From Octopus vulgaris (taxonomy: Eukaryota): DNA of 64,000 nt. Made by a program: the position numbers and the translations under genes. Positions within the stretch are counted from its first letter, which is position 1. Each line of letters begins with the position of its first letter. Positions 50,438-63,891 of this stretch are shown piece after piece. The notes beneath the pieces were generated by a model, which worked only from the letters and a program-made list of their open reading frames with translations, was not told the origin of the DNA and searched no databases. Where the stretch lies: positions 40,734,001-40,798,000 of the forward strand of contig OX597818.1 of NCBI GenBank assembly GCA_951406725.2, in the 5' to 3' direction.

Positions 50438-51210
50438 CTTCTTATAGGCAATGTGTGTTAGAAACACATCCCTGAGCTATGAATGACGTCACTGAACTTT
50501 GAGACACGTGTTTCTGCGACAACGAATCTGATGAGTAGCAATATTTCTTGTTCCTTTATATCTGAGTTCAAATTCCGCCGAATTTAACTTTTCCTTTCAT
50601 CCCTCTAGAATCAGCAAAATGAACTAGCAGTCAAATACAGAGAAAGTGATATATATATAATTACTGTATACTTATTATCCGAAATCTGAGATCGTCTTCT
50701 CTTATTAGAAATCGATATTGGAGGAAGGCGGAATATCAGGGTTATAACTAGTTTTTTTTTTACTCTTTATAGTCAGGGTTCGAAACCCACTAAGACGAAC
50801 TTTGCTTTTCCTTTCTTGGAACTGATAAAGTAAAGCCAGTGAAGTACTGGGAGTTGACTCAATCGGCTAAGCCTCTTCCTTAATATTTCAAACCTTAGCC
50901 TATGATAGAGACAATTATTATCAATCGAACAGCTGAATCGGCAGAGCACCGGAGAAGGTGCTTTGCGACATTTACTCTAGCTGTTTACTTTCTGAATTGA
51001 AATTCCGTTCAAATCAAAATCGAGTCATCCTTTCAGGATAAAGCTAGAGTACCATTCCTTAATGAAGCAACCATATCAGCATGAATGCTTTGTGGGGGCT
51101 AAACCCTTATTCTGCAGGTACTTGATAACACCACAATGCCACATTTTATTCATATTCAAGAGAAGTCGTTACTAGTAACTTTTCAAGTGTTCTTTTAACA
51201 GTCAGAAATC

Positions 51211-51247
51211 AGCTTACCTGAAAGAAAAGAAAAACAATGTAGTTATG
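51211..51247 (-). promoter_or_regulatory. Juxtaposed 3' and 5' splice sites (recursive-splice-like)
   Basis: CATAAC...TGTTTTTCTTTTCTTTCAG|GTAAGC, junction between 51218 and 51217. Confidence 0.5.
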
Positions 51248-51271
51248 TATAAGAATAAAAACGATAAACGT

Positions 51272-51578
51272 CGCCCTTTTAAAGCCTAGCCAGGCTCATG
51301 GGCTTGGTTTCCCGGTTTCTGAGGCGTATGTGTTCCCCCCAGCTGGACAGGACGCCAGTCCATTGCAGCGTTACTCAAGAAACAAGAAGAGAGAGTGAGA
51401 GTAAGTTGTGGCGAAAGAGTACAACAGGGGTCGTTGCCCCCACACCCCTGCCGGAGCCTCGTGGAGCTTTTAAGTGTTTTCGCTCAATAAACACACACAA
51501 CGCCCCGTCTGGAAATCGAAACCGCGATCCTCCGACCGCGAGTTCGCTTCCCTAACCACTGGGCCATTGCGCCTCCAC
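51272..51578 (-). mobile_element. SINE family C, tail type c
   Basis: Head and tail match other copies; TSD TATAAGAATA at 51248 and 51582. Confidence 0.9.
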
Positions 51579-51911
51579 ATTTATAAGAATAGTTGGAATT
51601 AATGCATGCAAGGTTTCCACAGCACAAGCATCAGTCTTTCATAGTCAGCTTTTTCAGCTTACTGTCTTAAAATAAGTTACCAGTCAACTACTAGTGTCAA
51701 TGGTATTATCTACCTATCCCCCAATTCTATGCATTGTACCTAAAAAAAAACTTATTATTTCCGATTCTTTATGTTTTGAATTCAAATCGCACCGTGGTCA
51801 ACTTTACCATTAATACCCTCACACCCCATATTCACCCTTCCCCTAAGATCAGTACAATATATCACCAGTCAATTACTGGGGATAGTATCGATTAACGCCA
51901 TTTGCCAGCTG

Positions 51912-52330
51912 GAGCTGGCAAAATCGTTAGCGCGCCGAGCAAAATACTTAACGGCATTTCGTCCGTCCTTACGTCCTGAGTTCAAATTCCACCGACGTCG
52001 ACTTTACATTTCATCCTTTCACGGTCGATGAAATAAGCCTCATTATGCACTGGGGTCGTTGTAATCGACATGACCCCTCTAACAATTTCAGGCCTTGTAC
52101 CTATAGTAGAAAGGATTATTATGAAACATTCTAATGCTAGCACAAGGCCTGCAATTTTGAGAGGAGCTGAGTAAATCGATTACGCCGACCTCAGTTCTAG
52201 TCTGGCACTTATTTTATCAATCCCAAAAGGATGTAAGGCAAGGTCGACCTCGGTGTTATTTGACTCGGAATGTAAAAGAGTCGAGAAAAATGACGCTAAG
52301 CATTTTGTTCGACGCTCTAACAATTCTATT
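51912..52330. mobile_element. Two older SINE family B copies in tail-to-tail inverted orientation
   Basis: Plus copy 51912-52120 and minus copy about 52135-52330, both with tail 2. Confidence 0.75.
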
Positions 52331-52799
52331 TGTTGATAGATTTTGTTTTTGCAATTAATATTTCCATGGTTGAATGCCTTAATTCTAACATCATTTCTTC
52401 TGATTTTCTTTATTCTCTCTTCCCATGTCTCTCCTTTTTTTTTTTATATCTGTATTAGAGCAGTGAGATTTAGTTATATTTAAAGAATAACGTTAGTGCT
52501 TCCTTACATCTTCACTCTTTTCCTGCATTATTTCTGTTCCATTTTTGTATTTAGAAACATGACAGGGCTGGCTAACACTTCCACAAAATAACTATTGGCA
52601 CCGTAAAAGTGGCTTTCAAAACAGAATTCTGCATCAAGAAATATTTATCTTCCCAAAGAACGATGTCAAATTTAATCCTGTTTCTGGCACATATCTTTTT
52701 TGCCATAATATTTGTTCTTTATTATATACTTCTTGCTTTTTGTTATTCTTCCTTTCAGAATTCTTCCATGTCTATAGATACATACAGAAAAATATGTCA

Positions 52800-52812
52800 A
52801 TATTATTATTAC

Positions 52813-52845
<33 letters not shown>

Positions 52846-52856
52846 TATTATTATTA

Positions 52857-52932
<76 letters not shown>

Positions 52933-52979
52933 TAGTATTATTATTATTATTATCATTATTATTATTATCATTATTATTA

Positions 52980-53075
<96 letters not shown>
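52800..53075. repeat. (ATT)n/(ATC)n array
   Basis: Seen directly. Confidence 0.98.
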
Positions 53076-53076
<1 letters not shown>

Positions 53077-53412
53077 TGTTGTATCATTATTCTTTTTTAT
53101 TTCATTTTCCATTCTTTCTCCTATCGCTTCACTTCTTTGCTTTTATAAGTCACTTCGCATACTCTCAAACACACAAACACCCACTCACTTACTCACTCGC
53201 TCACCCACTCATTCACTCTCTCACTCTCAATCACTTTGTCTGTTTTCTTTTTTTTTTCCCCGTACTGTGATGTATGAATACACGTTCTCCATCTTATCTC
53301 TATATATATTTCTGTCTCCTTGTCGGCCTGACTCCCTCTCTCTCACTCTCTTTCTCTTTCTCTCTCTCTGTAAGTTCATGCATACACACATTATACATAT
53401 ATATATATATCC

Positions 53413-53444
<32 letters not shown>

Positions 53445-53534
53445 AATTAAAAATGAGGGTGTCTAAAAGACACCAACATGCCGAAATAGCAGATAATTTC
53501 GACACTTAAATATCGATATTATCCTCATATATAA

Positions 53535-53568
<34 letters not shown>

Positions 53569-53588
53569 GCATTTATATATATATACGC

Positions 53589-53653
<65 letters not shown>

Positions 53654-53770
53654 TAAATTTCCTTATAAATTATATCTTTAAGTATACTTCACAATATATG
53701 GACTGTATATATATATATAAACATATACACACTTGTTTCTCTGCTTGTTTGTTGTTGTTTTTCTGTATCT

Positions 53771-53896
53771 CTTTCTGTAGAAGAGCGTAGGCTCGAAACG
53801 TAAAATACTTTTTCCATTCCTGAGTGCTATACTAATACATCTGTTTGTTTTGTACACCACCTGTATTCGTCTTTTGTTTTGTTTTTTGTGAACTCT

Positions 53897-53900
<4 letters not shown>
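53771..53900 (+). mobile_element. Short hammerhead-like repeat, same family as 13709
   Basis: CTTT-CTGTAGA-A-GAGCGTAGGCTC-GAAACGTA-AAAT at 53771-53806. Confidence 0.75.
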
Positions 53901-53943
<43 letters not shown>

Positions 53944-54420
53944 CGCGTCTTCATGTTTAACATATGTATGTGCTATATGAGATAGAGAGAGAGGGGGAGG
54001 GAGAGGGAGAATGAGAGAGACCAGGAGAGAGAAAAAGGGAGCATTGTGAAATGTATTTTTCTGAAGATCTCTGAGTTCTCCGATACATGTTCCAAGTGAA
54101 TAAATGTATCTATGGTGATCGTCTTGAAAACGTTGTCTTAACATGTATTTTCGGATATACTAATGTGAATGATATTTACTGTTTCTAAATATGTTGATAA
54201 AACAGAAACGATCATCGGAATTGTATGGTGAATTCAAGAATTAAGAGTTAATTTTCTGTATCCGTATTTTTGTTGTATTTACGTGTATATACGTAAAGTG
54301 TATATATATTATTGTTGCTATCTAGCACTAAGTTAGACCTGATAGAGCAGATCTATGATCAAAAGCATTTAGTCCTGACAGTCAAGTTTTTATTCTATTT
54401 GCGAGGAACTCAGACACACA

Positions 54421-54620
54421 TCTATTATATAAAATCCGTTCTGTCTGTGTGTGTGTCTTCTAGGATCTAGTGCATCCTCCATCCGATTGCGCTCAAATTT
54501 GATTTGTAGATACCGACGGTATCAGGGTGTGTATAAGTTTTGACAAAATTACAAAAATCGATTCCATGTGAGAATGCGATCGATAAAGCCGCGGGAAACG
54601 TGCATTTGTAAAATCATTTT
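54421..54620 (+). mobile_element. Non-autonomous Helitron-like 5' end
   Basis: A|TCTATTATATAAAA start, CTGT/GTGT repeat and CCGATTGCGCTCAAATTT motif, similar to the start of the 62650 element. Confidence 0.6.
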
Positions 54621-55337
54621 TCTTGGAATAGAAAAAAGTCTCTTTATTTCTTCTTTTGCTGTTGTCTCAAATTTAGATTAAATCAGTGTTTCTCAAAGGG
54701 GAGGACTATGGGACGGTCGGACAAGTTGTTTTGAGAAAATTTTGTTTAAATGTTTAACAACTCAGCACCTTCCATTGGACAGGGGGCGTTTTGCTCGTTA
54801 TCCAATATAACGTTTTCTAGGACAGTGGAATGTGATTTGTGAGATATTTGACTGCTATTTCGAGCAGGCAAGGTCGCACGACAACGAAGAGACATACCGA
54901 TTGGCTTTTACAGCCTATTTGAAGAGACCTTATTTACTCATATAAGTTTATATCTAAACGCGAAATTATGTAAGTCTGATCCAGTGTGATATAGAAGAAA
55001 ATAAGATTGTGTTTAAAGGTGATGGATGTGAAATTTGGACAAGATCAAGAATTGTTGTTGCCTAGGCTCAAGTCGGCATTGATCTGCCAAACCTGAGAAT
55101 CAAAAGCATTCCAACCGTGACTATTCCTTCTCCATTGTATAACATTGCCAAATAGAATTTTCATTATTGGTAAATCTAAAAATCATGGTTCGTATGATAC
55201 AACTTCCAGGAACATATGCACCTGAAACACGTCATCAATATTTCAAGACAATCAATAATTTAAAGGAATATTTAAGGTCAAAGTGTTGTTTCATTAATAC
55301 AGAAAAGCTAAACTATATTCCCTTATTTACCAAAAAA

Positions 55338-55568
55338 GGCGGCGAGCTGGCAGAAACGTTAGCGCGCCGGGCGAAATGCTTAGCGGTATTTCGTCTGTCG
55401 TTACGTTCTGAGTTCAAATTCCGCCGAGGTCGACTTTGCCTTTCATCCTTTTGGGGTCGATAAATAAAGTACCAGTTTCGCACTGGGGGCGATGCAATCG
55501 ACTTAATTCCTTTGTCTGTCCTTGTTTGTCCTCTCTATGTTTAGCCCCTTGTGGGCAGTAAAGAAATA
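55338..55568 (+). mobile_element. SINE family B monomer with 16-bp TSD
   Basis: TATATTCCCTTATTTA at 55314-55329 and 55569-55584. Confidence 0.93.
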
Positions 55569-56068
55569 TATATTCCCTTATTTATTAAAGAAAAACGTAT
55601 ATACGCATATCTACACATACAGGGATACTCAGTAGGTTTAAATGATTTTAGCTGAAATTACATTGATTATAAATTTCAAGATTTATCGATTTTCAAGCAA
55701 TGAATATGAAGAATGGGACAATTTTGCAATTAATTACAGAATAAATAAAAGCAACATTGAAGAAACACATTAGCAATACAAAACATTTTGATATGGCTGG
55801 AACACTATTTTACCAGGCTATTTAGTAGTCTCTAGTCTGATTTTAAGGAAATAATAAACGGATGTGTAGTTTTTTTTTTTACTAATCATGTTATAGTTGA
55901 AACTGAATAGAGCATTATTAATATCCACTGACTTGGTACCCTATACTTTCCGTTCCTGCCTGAGTACCCTATAGCGCCTATTTGCCTATTAACATCTCAC
56001 CCCGAATGATTGGCCGTCTGCACGGCCATTCTTGTGTTAATTATTCAAGCTTTATTCTAACTTTCATA

Positions 56069-56495
56069 TTGTTTCCCTTATTCATATTTCAATATTATTC
56101 ATTTCATTCCTTACTCAGTACATGTATATGTACTGAATAAGGTGTCCACTCTTATCAAGGATCGCTTTGCTCCCACACTTAGCAACATCCACTCTTAAGC
56201 AGAGCGCACATTTCATTCCTCTTTAATCTTTCCAAACCATGCATCATCATCCGCATGCAGTGAAGACACCAGGTGCATTGTGGTGTCTTTATTGCATTGA
56301 TACAATGTCAAATTGATACAACCGACATTGGAAAGGTTAAAGAGGAATGAAATTTGCGCTCTGCTTAAGGGTGGACGTTGCTAAGTGTGGAGGCAAAGAG
56401 ATCCTTGATAAGAGTGGACACCTTATTCAGTACACATACGTGTACTGAATAAGGAATGAAATGAATAATACTGAAATATGAATAATGAGAAACAA
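56069..56495. mobile_element. Foldback/MITE with ~165-bp inverted arms
   Basis: 56069-56236 is the near reverse complement of 56328-56495. Confidence 0.9.
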
Positions 56496-57565
56496 CTGAA
56501 CTGTTACGCACTTTCAGTTCTTAATACCATTAGGTGTAAATCGTGGCAGACTTGGTTGCAATTGCTAATAGGCAAAGCAACAAAACATGGCAGCAGTTTG
56601 CCTCCTTTCTGATCATCACAGTTTCCAGCCTAAATGAAACACAAGATTAGATTGTGTTGCCCTTTCCTTTTTTAAGATCATTGAGTGCAGATCGTAGAAT
56701 ATTTGGCTCCATTTTATAACATGTTGAGTAAGAATGTAGAGTTATATTCGTTGGTTTGATTTAAACCTTTGTGAAAACGTGCATGATAGAGAAATAAAAT
56801 CAAATGAAGAAAAAAAATAATAAACGTTAAGAAATAAAGCTAAAACCTAAAATATAATTTAGAACACAAATGTTAAAAGATTTAAATGACAGTCTACAAT
56901 AAAAAAGCACAAGAAAACAAAACGAAAATATGACCTGGAGATAATACGTGGGAAACTGTATCAGTCACAAAGCTTGAAAATTTATGATTCTCTCCTAGAT
57001 TTGGAATATTAATCAGAACAATTACAACGTAAGTTATTTGCAAAATTCGATACAAATAAAAATATAAAGAAAGAACGAAACTCTGCAATGGCGGATGGTA
57101 TTGTTGTAGTGTTTCTTGCTCCAAAGTCAGTTTGCTTCAAACAACGGCTATATTCAATAAAATTTCCTACTTCGATGAAAAAAAATGGAAGAGAAAAGAA
57201 AAAAATTGGACGAGACAGAAACAACAACGCTCTCTCCATCACATCTATACCAACATACCGCACCTTCTCATCGGAAAAGATCGACATTTTTTTTTTATTT
57301 GATTTGATTTGATTTTTGTTTTGCTTTTAAGCAGACTTCCATTTACCACAAAGTAAAGCAGGACGGATTTGCAGACAGGCCAGCTCGTTTTGTTGGTTGG
57401 TTGGTTGGTTGGTTGGTTGGCTGGTTTGGTTGGTTAGCTTAAAATAAGTCTCTCCTTGGAAACGAAACGGCTATTTGTGTTTACGTCATTGATATAGTTT
57501 AGAATACAATTTTTCTTTATTGTGTCAAACGACAACAACAACAACAACACACACACACACACTCA

Positions 57566-57659
<94 letters not shown>

Positions 57660-57975
57660 ACAAGGCTGCTGTGAGTAGATTTTTTCCTTCTATTCTCACT
57701 CGCTGACACAACTTTCACACATCACACACTGAGACGCATCGCTTACAAATCTTAGTTTCTTTCTTTCTTTCTTTCCTTCTTTCTTTCTCCCTCCTTTTTT
57801 TCTGTTTCTTCTTCTTCTCCATTCCTTCTTTTTCTTTCTTTTTCCCCTCTTTCTTAACTGTCTTTCTTTGTTTTTGTTCCTTTTTATTAACCCGTTTGCT
57901 TTTTATTTATTTATTCATTTAAATTCTAAGTAATTTTTTTTTTCATCTAACCTTTCTTTATCATCATTTATCAAC

Positions 57976-58006
57976 TTGATCATCATTATCATCATCATCA
58001 TCATCG

Positions 58007-58048
<42 letters not shown>

Positions 58049-58086
58049 CCATCATCATCATCACCATCATCACCATCATCATCACC

Positions 58087-58175
<89 letters not shown>

Positions 58176-58403
58176 TACCATCATCAATTCCGCCGCAGTC
58201 GTCATCGCAACGTACTCATCGTCATCGTCGTTATCATCGTCGAAGTTTTCGTTGTCTTCGTATTCATCATCATCATCATCATCATCATCCTCATCATCAT
58301 CATCATCACAACCACCATCATCATCATCACTACCATCATCATCACCACCACCATCATCATCATCATCACTACCATCATCATCATCGTCATCACTATCATC
58401 ACC

Positions 58404-58435
<32 letters not shown>

Positions 58436-58565
58436 TCTCATCCTCATCATCATCATCATCACCACCACCATCATCATCATCACTACCATCATCATCACCA
58501 CCACCATCATCATCATCACTACCATCATCATCATCATCATCATCATCACTATCATCACCACCACC

Positions 58566-58599
<34 letters not shown>

Positions 58600-58640
58600 T
58601 CATCATCATTATCATCATCATCATTCAACAACAACAACAT
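57976..58640. repeat. (ATC)n/(ACC)n compound low-complexity array with internal duplications
   Basis: Seen directly. Confidence 0.95.
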
Positions 58641-59174
58641 TCTGGTTCTTGCTTCTCCTTTTGAGACGTTTACTTATTTTTTTCTCTTTATTTTTCCCAT
58701 ATATTTTTCTAATTCCTGTTTCAACCATGTGACTCCCCCCTCTCGTCGTTGCTATTTCTTTCATCCAACCCATCACCGCCTTTATATCCCTTCATCTCCT
58801 CCTCTCCTTCCGCTTCCCACTCCGCGTAGAACTTCTTCACTTTTCCTTCGTCTTTTTCTACACAGACGGATTAGTCTCTTCGAAGAACGTGCATTGCTGC
58901 TTTAGCTCTTACAGCTATTGCAATAATATTGGTTTCAAAATATAGCACAATGCCAGCCATTTCAGGGAAGTCGGTAAGTCGATTACATGGCGCCCAACGG
59001 TCAACTGGTACCTATTTTATCAATCCCGAAAGGATGAGAGGCAAAATTGAACTCGGTGCAATTTGAATTCAAAATGTAAAAGCATACGACATGCTGCTAA
59101 GCATTTTGGCCGGTGATCTAACCATTCTACCAACTCGCTGCCCAAGATATTACTGTAATATTGCGTATAACTAA

Positions 59175-59550
59175 GCAGCGAGCTGGCAGAAATGTTAACA
59201 TGCCGAGAGAAATGCTTAGCGGTATTTCGTCTGAGTTACGTTCTTGAGTTCCAATTCCGCCGAGGTCGACTTTGCCTTTCATCCTTTCGGGATCGATTAA
59301 ATATGTACCAGTTACGCACTGGGGTAGATATAATCGACTTAATCCCTTTGTCTGTCCTTGTTTGTCCTCTCTGTGTTTAGCTCCTTGTGAATAGTAAAGA
59401 AATACGTTCTGAGTTCAAATTCCGCCGAGGTCGACTTTGCTTTCATCCTTTTGAGGTCGATAAATTAAGTACCAGTTGTGTACTGGGGTCGATCTAATCG
59501 ACTGGCCCCCTTCCACGAAAAGTTTGGGCCTTGTGCCTAGAGTAGAAAAG
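59175..59550 (+). mobile_element. SINE family B dimer with 17-bp TSD; an older minus copy lies at about 58935-59142
   Basis: AATATTGCGWATAACTA at 59157-59173 and 59551-59567. Confidence 0.9.
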
Positions 59551-60819
59551 AATATTGCGAATAACTACTTTGTTGTTTAGCCCATCGTCAGGTTGATGGA
59601 ACAGATATATGGTGAACTGTGTTCAAAACTTAATCTGACCATCTCATTTGCTTAGGGTCTCGGGAACTTCATTGTCTTATAAATCCCCTTTATTTATTTA
59701 TTTATTCATTTATTTATTTATCTATATATTTAAGCCTATAGAGAATACGCTCGTCTGCATCATTTATTAGGATCAGGTACCTTCGTATTTTTTTCTGCTC
59801 ACTAGTCTCATGTTGATTGATACGAATTCGTATAAAAATACGCAACCTTGCAGCCCGATCATGTAAACTCAAGCGATAGTCACTGCATTCTGATTATCAG
59901 AGTGAACACTGGGGCGCATTTTGCAGTGCAAACAGAATCATCGGCTGATCGCCGACCAGTGTTATTACAGATCAATCCGTGATAAGCGCAACATAATTCA
60001 GAATTGGACGTGGATCTGTAATCCCAGTTCCACGATGAACAAATCAATGATAAATGAGGCTATATGTACAGCGTGTGCTCAGTTCACACATTACTACTTA
60101 TTGTGCATTAACTGTTCTAGTTAAAAATTGAAGAAGTGAAGTGAGATTACAGAACTTATTGTGTTGGTAACTATTATCTAATAGGCATTAAGCACGGAAA
60201 TGTTGATATAACAATATTATAGCCATGGAATTATGGTAATTTGCTAGTTAAATTATCTTAAATACTATTTGTTTATTGGTGGTTGATTCCTCTTGCAAGG
60301 AACAGGATCGATTTTCCAACAATCGATATTATTTTTTGTTTCATTCGCGAATCAAATTTTAGTTGGATAGCATGAAGTTTATCATATAATCTTCAAGCAT
60401 TTATTTGAATTCTACTTTCATTTAATTTTCGTTATAACAATCAAATCCTTAATATTCGTATATAACTTCCACTTCGATATGGTTGAATCACGTCAGTACC
60501 AAGTAACTAAGGGTTTATTTATTATTACAATATAATTTCACTACAGATAAAGTGAAAGGAGACTCATTTTAGCAGAGACTGGTCTCGAAAATATAAATAA
60601 ACTGGGACTTTATAATTCATTTATTTAAATTTTGTCACTAATTATGTAGAAAGGAGATGAGGGGAGGGGAGACAATGAAACTGAAGTACACGTTTGCGCA
60701 CAGACTGATAAATTGATCCAAATTATTTTCATATTCCTTGTAAAATAACCATCACAACTCCAGATGCAAATACAGCTGGATTTATTCCAGAGAGAGCTTT
60801 TTATATGGAGATTTTTACC

Positions 60820-61262
60820 TCTATCTAACACATCTCACACAAGCCCAAGTGCGCTCGACAACAATGCTGAAGCCGTCAATAAAAAAATATGGAAGACCTA
60901 ACTGTGGTATATGCGTCAACCTAATTGAGGGATCGGAGTTCTCTTTCAAACAGGGCCAACGTTTTACAGTGAAAAACAATTTCACATGTGCTTCGGAGAA
61001 ACTAATATATGTATTAACTTGCTCTGGGTGTCGAGAGCAATACATAGGCCAAACTAAAAACAGTCTGCCTCAAAGGATGGATCTACATCGATCCCAGATC
61101 AAAATTCGGGAATACAGAAAAATGGCATTCAACGAACACATCGACATTTGCACCAATAACAAATAACCAAGCTTCAGAATTTTTCCCCTTTATAAATTCA
61201 GGGACGATGCAACCTGTAGTCAGCGTATTAGCAAAGAGTCATATTTAATCACAAAATATAAA
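60820..61262 (+). pseudogene. Penelope-like element fragment: CxxC motif and GIY-YIG endonuclease
   Basis: RPNCGICVNL...FTCASEKLIYVLTCSGCREQYIGQTKNSLPQRMDLHRSQI...EHIDIC, a stop, then FRIFPLYK...QRISKESYLITKYK. Confidence 0.92.
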
Positions 61263-61264
61263 CA

Positions 61265-61400
61265 AAAAAAAAGACGAAGACAGGTGGTGTAGACAACAAA
61301 CAGATGTATTAGTATAACGCTCGGGAAGTGAAAATGTCTTTAACGTTTCGAGCCTACGCTCTTCCACAGAAAGGAACACAGTTAGAAACAAGGAGAGAAA
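61265..61400 (-). mobile_element. Short hammerhead-like repeat (motif at 61338-61373, core CUGUGGA) abutting the Penelope fragment
   Basis: CTTT-CTGTGGA-A-GAGCGTAGGCTC-GAAACGTT-AAAG. Confidence 0.75.
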
Positions 61401-61476
61401 ATAAAGAATGTGTCGTGGCTAACGATCTATTATAGTGAATGTGTGCGTGTATATGTATATATATATATATATATAT

Positions 61477-61588
61477 CCGGGCTCATTAGCCACCAACGGA
61501 GCAGCAAATGCAAAATATAAGATAGTCTTAGAGCGTAAAATGTTCCTGAAGATCAGCAATGGTCTTCCTCGGTCACGAGTGGACGGCT

Positions 61589-61592
<4 letters not shown>
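61477..61592 (+). mobile_element. RTE-clade LINE extreme 3' end inside (TA)n
   Basis: GLISHQRS..* resembles the terminal zinc-finger end of RTE ORFs, followed by a short 3' UTR. Confidence 0.6.
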
Positions 61593-61652
<60 letters not shown>

Positions 61653-61664
61653 TATAGAGATATA

Positions 61665-62060
61665 GGCGCAGGAGTGGTTGTGTGGTAAGTAGCATGTTTA
61701 CCAACCACATGGTACCGGGTTCAGTCCCGCTGCGTGGCACCTTGAGCAAGTGTCTTCTGCTATAGCCTCGGGCTGACCAAAGCCTTGTGAGTGGATTTGG
61801 TAGACGGAAACTGAAAAGAAGCCCGTCGTATATATGTATATGTGTGTGCGCGTGTATGTTTGTGTTTGTCCCCCTAGCATTGCTTGACAACAGATGCTGG
61901 TGTGTTTATGTCCCCGTCACTTAGCGGTTCGGCAAAAGAGACCGATAGAATAAGTACTGGGCTTACAAAGAATAAGTCCCGGGTCGAGTTGCTCAATTAA
62001 AGGCGGTGCTCCCGCATGGCCGCAGTCAAATGACTGAAACAAGTAAAAGAGTAAAAGAGT
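61665..62060 (+). mobile_element. SINE family A, full length
   Basis: Complete match to the copy at 19774. Confidence 0.93.
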
Positions 62061-62089
62061 ATATATATATAAATACCTTTTATATATAT

Positions 62090-62193
<104 letters not shown>

Positions 62194-62235
62194 ATCATAG
62201 GTATTATATATATATATATATATATATACATATAG

Positions 62236-62296
<61 letters not shown>

Positions 62297-62649
62297 CAAA
62301 AAATGTGAGCAAAGGAATGTGTGAGGGAGTAACTGAATTACTGGGTGACCGAAATAATCTACAATAGAAACAGAACACAAAGGGAAGAAGTACATTGGGT
62401 TGTTTCGTTACATAAAATCCAGATGTTTTAACTCTCACTTCTAGATTGTCGACCTAAACATGTAAGTACGCTTGTACCTATGCATATATGTATGAACGTA
62501 TACATATATTTATGTACGATCGATTGTACGTACTTATAAACAAATGTGTGGGGGGAAATACGTGTTAATACATATGTGTATTTGGTTATGTGGATCTCTA
62601 TATATCTATGAATTGATATACGTATATATATACATACATGCATTATATA

Positions 62650-63475
62650 TATATATATATAAACGGCAGTTTGTCTGTCTGTGTGTCTGTCAGGTTGTAC
62701 CCTCACCCTGACCACGGCTTTCAACCGATTCTCATGAAACTTGACACACACATAGCCCAATGTCATAATTCAAAACTAACGCAGCGAAAATTTTGAAAAG
62801 TTCCCCCAGTTCAGAAAAAAATTGATAAATTCGACATGAGGTCGAGAATCTAAGCTTCTTATATGCAACACATTTTCTGTTGTAGTTTTCGCAACTTGCA
62901 ATCGATTTTCACCAAACTCATGGTGAAGCTTAATGTTACCCTAAGAAACTTAATTCTGACGTTAGTTTTCCATGCAATACCTTACCATCAGAAAAAATCG
63001 ATAAAATCATGCCATTTTGGGAAATCACGTTCAAATTCAAGATAACATATTTTCGACAATATCTTTCACAAATTGGCAGGATCTTTTTTAATTCACAGCG
63101 AGCATCATGTCTGCTCCAAGGAGCTATATGGCCCTTTTTATTCCAATAGGATACTTTATTACTGGAAAAAATCGGTTAATTAAATCATACGTGGCACACA
63201 TAGCAAACCGATTTGTGTATTAAACACAAACCACAGACTGTATAGGGGACGCAACTCGACCTTTTTAACTCTCTTGGGAGGCGCAATGATGTTTTCATGT
63301 TTTCGCCCAAAGGGACAGCTAGGAACATCGTATACACAGAAGTATTCGAGTGAAGAGAAGACATTGCAACCTACACATGCTCCTTCGTTCCCTAGGGGGA
63401 AAGGACTAGATTAGGATTAGTCGTTGCCTACTAGGGGCTCTTACATACCCGGGCAACGCCGGGCTATGCTGCTAG
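62650..63475 (+). mobile_element. Non-autonomous Helitron-like element
   Basis: 5' TATATAAA followed by (CTGT)n and CCGATTCTCATGAAACTT; 3' hairpin CCCGGGCAACGCCGGG (63448-63463) and CTAG|T end. Confidence 0.8.
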
Positions 63476-63715
63476 TATATATATATGAATAATTGTATTC
63501 AAAGCAATGATTAGTAACTTACGAAACCGGTATGCTTGAATCTCTTTAATAATTTCAAAATAATGACTTTTATTACTTTTATATATCTTTTGTTACTTTG
63601 CATAAAAAGCCATTATTTTTTTTTTATTTACAATGTGCATTTTCGTCTATTTTCCTTAATTTCCCCTTACACTACCATGTGTAGATTCTATTTTCTTTTT
63701 GTAACATATTTCTAT

Positions 63716-63781
<66 letters not shown>

Positions 63782-63783
<2 letters not shown>

Positions 63784-63891
63784 CCTGCTCGCTTAGCCAG
63801 TGGGGTGGCGTCATTCGAAGGCTAAAACAATGCAAACGCATTGTGACCAGTGATCTGTAACAACATCTGATGGTCTGGTCGGTCACGTGAT

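Noticed and set aside
56894-57745. Possible minus-strand promoter or first exon (TCAGT initiator-like near 57730, donor-like near 57346) and short ORFs
   Set aside because: Motifs are too short to distinguish from chance without expression data.
57915-58905. 241-aa Asp/Gly/Met-rich and 309-aa Ser/Pro/Ile-rich ORFs resembling biomineralisation proteins
   Set aside because: Entirely explained by the (ATC)/(ACC) array; no signal peptide, clear start or splice context.
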